From a virus (Duplodnaviria; Caudoviricetes), in the IMG/VR virus record IMGVR_UViG_3300032167_000048: 64,000 bases of DNA. One strand, given 5' to 3'. The translations under genes were made by a program, and so were the position numbers. The notes beneath the pieces were generated by a model. That model saw nothing but the letters and a program-made list of their open reading frames with translations. It searched no databases and was not told the origin of the DNA. Shown here piece by piece: positions 60,601-64,000 of the stretch (position 1 is its first letter; each line of letters begins with the position of its first letter).

Positions 60601-63600
60601 AGTCTACAGCACAGCCTATTACAATTGGTAGCGATGATTGTGATGTATATATTTATAGAATGAAAGCATATTCAAATTCATTAACAGATACAGATATTAA
60701 AAACAACTTTATTGCCGATGCAAGAAACGCTAGTGAAATGATTACTAGATATAATAGAAATAACATCTATAATGAAAATGGTAGTTTAGTATCTACTTCG
60801 GCAGTTGGTGATTTTAATGTTGATGCTTTAATGAAAGCTGCCCCAGATTTAAGATATATCTTTATTGAAGTTCCATATTTTACATGGGATAAAGATATAA
60901 AGATTGACGATTGTAAAGTTTATTTTAGATATCCTAATGGTACTAGACCACACGATAATTGGGATTGTACTGGCGTAAGACACAGAGGTCAGGGTACTTC
61001 AAGTAACTTGTATGGTTATTCAGGAAGAAATATCGACCTTTGTATGGACAGAGATGAATCTTTGTTTACGTGGACTGATACGGATGAAAATGGAAAACCT
61101 ATTACCGTTGAATCTTCTACTATTACTTTAACAGATACATCAGTTCCTACTGATTATTTAAACATCAAAGTAAATATTGCATCTTCTGAAAATGCAAATA
61201 ATGCTGGCATGGCTAAAAGATTTAATGAATATCAGCCTTTCTTACGTTATGCAAGAAAGAAAGATAGTAGGGTTAAGGACACTATGGAGTTCCACAACTG
61301 TGTTGTATTTATTAGAGAAACTAGTACAGATGTAAAACATACAGAGTTTAATGACAGCAATTGGCACTTCTATGCAATTGGTAACGTTGGCGACTCTAAG
61401 AAAACAGATGATACTCGTGTTAATAATAAAAAAGACCCAAAAGAACATGTAGTTGAAATTACAGACGCAGATAAACCATTATCGGCTTTTCCAACTGGAA
61501 AAGATGGTCATGCAGTATGTCCAATTAACGAATGGACAACTGGTAACACAGCTTATGATGTATTATATTCTAATGAATATGTATATGATGAAGAGGGAGA
61601 ATTTAAGTCATTTGGTGGAAAGACATATGAATTTAGATATGAAATGAAAAATATTACAGAAGAACAACGTCAGGTTAATATTGATACATGGAGAGATTTA
61701 TATAAATTTATTGTTACTTCTACTGATGAAGAATTCTATGCTCATTTAAAAGACTATTTTGTTGTGGATTCTGCATTGTACTTTTATCTGTTTACAGAAA
61801 GATATACTATGGTAGATAACCGTGCAAAGAACTCATTCTGGCATTATGGAAAAGTATATATTTCAAACGAAGAAGCTGCCGCTCTTGGAGAAACAGAAGC
61901 TAGTTATTACATTATTGACGATGAAGCGGCTTCAATCAATAATGGGTATCGTTATGACCTTACATTTGGTTATGACTTTGATACTTGCTTAGGTATTGAC
62001 AATACTGGTGATTATGTATTCTCATACGGAAAAGAAGATACAGATTATTATGTTGATGGAGACCCAACATCTGACTATGTATTCAGAGTTGCAGACAGTG
62101 TATTCTTCTGTAGACTTCGTGATTTATTCCCAGCAGAAATGCAGTCTATGTTCAAAAACAGAGAAGATAAGAATGCATGGAGTTCTGATTCTCTTATTTC
62201 ACAGTGGGATAATTCTCAAGCTCAATTTCCAGAAGAACTTTGGAGATTGGACTATGAAAGAAAATATTATAGAACTTACTTAGGATTATCTATCGATAAT
62301 AGCATAACAACTGCCGATGATAGAATGGCTAGAGGCATAGATAAAACATTCCTTATTGGTAAATTCTTTGGTCGTAAAAAATATGCAAGAAGAGCATTTG
62401 AAATTAATCAGGAAATGTATTTTGCTACAAAATACTTTGGAAATAAAGCTCTTGCTGATAGATTCTGGGTTAGAGGTAATGTGCCTATTGGCGGAAGTAT
62501 AAAACCAAATTACTCTCTTACATTAGTTCCTTATTCTGATATGTATGTATGTGTACAGTATACTAGTACTGGTACTCCAATTCATAAAAAAGCGAAAGCT
62601 GGAGAAACAGTATACTTTGAAAGTGACGCAGAAAGAATGGACTTTATTTATGTGTATGGCGCAAGCTTCATTCAGGAAGTAGGAGACTTATCAAGATGCT
62701 TCATTGGAGACAACAACTTTTCTAGTGCTATTCGTTTACAAAAACTTGTAATTGGTAGTACAGATGACGGTTATGAAAATACATTTATGAACGAGGTTCT
62801 TGTTGAAAACAATCCTCTTTTAGAGTACTTAGACCTTAGAAATGTTTCTGGTATTAACACTGTTGTCAATGTAAGTTCATGTAGTAATTTGAAAGAATTA
62901 TATGCAGAGGGCACTAATGCATCTGGTGTGATTTTTGCAAATGGTGGATTATTACACACTGCTCACCTTCCAAAGATTAATTCTTTAGTAATGAAGAATT
63001 TAAATTATATAACAGATGAAGGTTTTGTAGTTGATGGATATGATAATTTACAGACTTTAATTATTGAAAATACACCTAATATTAATACTTATAATGTTGT
63101 TGATAATTCCCCTATTCTTAATACAGTTAGATTAATTGGTTTGAATTGGGATTCAACATATCAGATTAAAGATGCTTCAATTTTCGACAGATTGATTACT
63201 ATGGGCGGTAGAGATTCATCTGGTATCCTTGACACAGATATGTCTGTATTAGCTGGTAACGCTCATGTTGCTGTGTTAAAACAGAAACAGCAGAGCGATT
63301 ATGACAAGGCTTGGTCTGATTTGGACATTACTTGTAACACTTTAATTTTACAGTTCCCAGTTACATTTGTTAATGAAGATGGAACTGTATTAGATGTTCA
63401 GTATATTGATGAGGGTGGATTTGCTGTAGACCCAATAACAAGAGATATAAATCCTATTGACGTTCCTACAAAAGAAAGCTCAATAAGTACAAATTATACT
63501 TTTGATAGTTGGGATACTGACTTTAAAAAGATGCCTATCTTTGAACCGTTAACAATCACTGCAACATATTCTGAATCTATCAGACAATATGGTATTCAGT

Positions 63601-64000
63601 ATAGAGCTATGGGTAAACCATTAAAAGGATACGAAACACCAGTTGTTGGTAACTATGGTGATAACATCCCTTATGTTGGTTCTACACCAACTTATACAGA
63701 CGAAGAACCTGCATATAAATATTATTTGTTTAATAGATGGAATAAGAGTGGAATCTTAAATGGTGATTTTAATGATGATGACGTTAAAATTGTAGATGCT
63801 ATATTTGATGATTTCAAATATACATCTAGTGCGTTTAATAACGTAGAACTTTCTGAATTAAAACCAGTTCAAATTTATGCGATGAATAAACTTGGAATTG
63901 CCGAAAGCATTATCACAGACGGAGACCCATATTCATTTGTTATCGGAAATGATGTTAACTATGATGATATTGAATCAAAATTATTGATATCAGAAAAGAC
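57651..64000 (+). CDS. Giant tail-fibre/adhesin-like protein, 3' truncated (>2100 aa; not in ORF track)
   Basis: AAGGAGG RBS plus TTG; frame consistent at spot checks (60981, 61815, 63963); BppU-like start, CotH-kinase-like core, LRR-like and Listeria/Bacteroides-repeat-like segments. Confidence 0.8.
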   Translation, partial: MSLSFKDSLKNNIEKTVAKPLKLAATMNIDEPSVENVGIMTLEETPSVAAYSGDGGNWQQHNKYVYYSVFNDNNVSTISDKKEIKLDGNQFNITQEENSQYIPFEMNRKYDGYDLTKADITIHYTTANGRHQPVRPVNVTYNNDKIRFGWLVDANATVDVGTLEFEIHADGIVTGSDNVPRAYTWKTKRNKELYVYESMCDCEGVINDIDNSWLQELVTDLAESIAEEVKKVEVGSLVTQAEDAADRAETAAKNAETTATTIVENALEDYSTTSEMQSYVNQQIADADIEGKLTAYAKTTEVKALVGNIGEAENLVDYIDTAVDSVDVSEQLKDYALSDDVNKSIENINKNLTDNYYTIADSDLKLVTTLEDGEYATKTDVANAIAAEDITAKLGNYYTKDETYNKSEIDEAIKNVEVDLTGYATETFVTDKTNPLESSVKTNKENISSLSETLGELQESVNAIDTSPRITYDVVYNDAEDPDVGENVFVFYEIENEGKEGEKKEAKKKFTITGGSGGGSGSSLKISYVTTSPVIATVNDKMLITYNFSGIDSSGDVITEGNYTWKIGSKIIASGIATNGDNTFDVTDFATTTSQKFVLTITDDAGSLVTKSWTVQKVDVRLESNFNDAYKYNGNVSFNYTPYGAIEKDIHFILDGEELGVVKTSTSGIPTSYMLPSQTHGSHLLEVYMTATINNTLVESNHIYKDIIWFDDNTSIPVIGCATTTIDAIQYNTINIKYAVHDPRTETPEVTWRIGENVLSVETLTEKDEYGYYTYSYKANSEGTFVFTITCGEAEPKVITMNVEKLSIDIEPVTAGLAFDFDPNPTDYSNSSANRLWSDKNTGVNMTVSDNFDWVNGGYQIDENGDKYFCVKAGTTATINYNLFGDDPKKDGKEFKVIFRTKNIRKRDTSFLTCMNANIGLDMKIEHATIYESGGSLKSNYCEDTIVEYEFNINKYTDMMIVMSYEDGTPSKPYEYTETSSFKQSTAQPITIGSDDCDVYIYRMKAYSNSLTDTDIKNNFIADARNASEMITRYNRNNIYNENGSLVSTSAVGDFNVDALMKAAPDLRYIFIEVPYFTWDKDIKIDDCKVYFRYPNGTRPHDNWDCTGVRHRGQGTSSNLYGYSGRNIDLCMDRDESLFTWTDTDENGKPITVESSTITLTDTSVPTDYLNIKVNIASSENANNAGMAKRFNEYQPFLRYARKKDSRVKDTMEFHNCVVFIRETSTDVKHTEFNDSNWHFYAIGNVGDSKKTDDTRVNNKKDPKEHVVEITDADKPLSAFPTGKDGHAVCPINEWTTGNTAYDVLYSNEYVYDEEGEFKSFGGKTYEFRYEMKNITEEQRQVNIDTWRDLYKFIVTSTDEEFYAHLKDYFVVDSALYFYLFTERYTMVDNRAKNSFWHYGKVYISNEEAAALGETEASYYIIDDEAASINNGYRYDLTFGYDFDTCLGIDNTGDYVFSYGKEDTDYYVDGDPTSDYVFRVADSVFFCRLRDLFPAEMQSMFKNREDKNAWSSDSLISQWDNSQAQFPEELWRLDYERKYYRTYLGLSIDNSITTADDRMARGIDKTFLIGKFFGRKKYARRAFEINQEMYFATKYFGNKALADRFWVRGNVPIGGSIKPNYSLTLVPYSDMYVCVQYTSTGTPIHKKAKAGETVYFESDAERMDFIYVYGASFIQEVGDLSRCFIGDNNFSSAIRLQKLVIGSTDDGYENTFMNEVLVENNPLLEYLDLRNVSGINTVVNVSSCSNLKELYAEGTNASGVIFANGGLLHTAHLPKINSLVMKNLNYITDEGFVVDGYDNLQTLIIENTPNINTYNVVDNSPILNTVRLIGLNWDSTYQIKDASIFDRLITMGGRDSSGILDTDMSVLAGNAHVAVLKQKQQSDYDKAWSDLDITCNTLILQFPVTFVNEDGTVLDVQYIDEGGFAVDPITRDINPIDVPTKESSISTNYTFDSWDTDFKKMPIFEPLTITATYSESIRQYGIQYRAMGKPLKGYETPVVGNYGDNIPYVGSTPTYTDEEPAYKYYLFNRWNKSGILNGDFNDDDVKIVDAIFDDFKYTSSAFNNVELSELKPVQIYAMNKLGIAESIITDGDPYSFVIGNDVNYDDIESKLLISEK

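Noticed and set aside
57651-64000. Diversity-generating retroelement
   Set aside because: No reverse transcriptase or TR/VR pair in this window; it cannot be excluded downstream.

Overview
The window is part of a large, AT-rich Firmicutes siphophage genome with SPbeta-like organisation. 13.5-64 kb (+ strand) carries an HTH protein, a YonO-type single-subunit RNA polymerase, an HU-like protein, 8 tRNAs, a metallophosphoesterase, terminase, portal, protease/scaffold, capsid, neck and tail genes, a RecU-like resolvase, a tyrosine recombinase, a 3634-aa tape measure, Dit/Tal, holin and endolysin, baseplate proteins, and a >2100-aa fibre-like ORF that runs off the end. 1-13.2 kb is unusual. It holds about 15 minus-strand single-gene cassettes, each with a near-consensus sigmaA promoter and, in nearly all cases, its own terminator. 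The cassettes are separated by clusters of a ~29-bp motif (~57 copies) spaced at 47-48 or 57-58 bp. The region also has five tandem DnaA boxes and is flanked by inverted G-rich/C-rich tracts. One cassette encodes no protein but a ~120-nt hairpin RNA whose loop is antisense to the ribosome-binding leaders of neighbouring cassettes. The terminase large subunit gene is interrupted by 8 nt (TGG-TAGCT-TGA-GCA), which suggests ribosomal bypassing. The tape measure contains an internal Prp-type cleavage motif (MKLNLQFFA). All family assignments come from reading motifs by eye; no searches were run.
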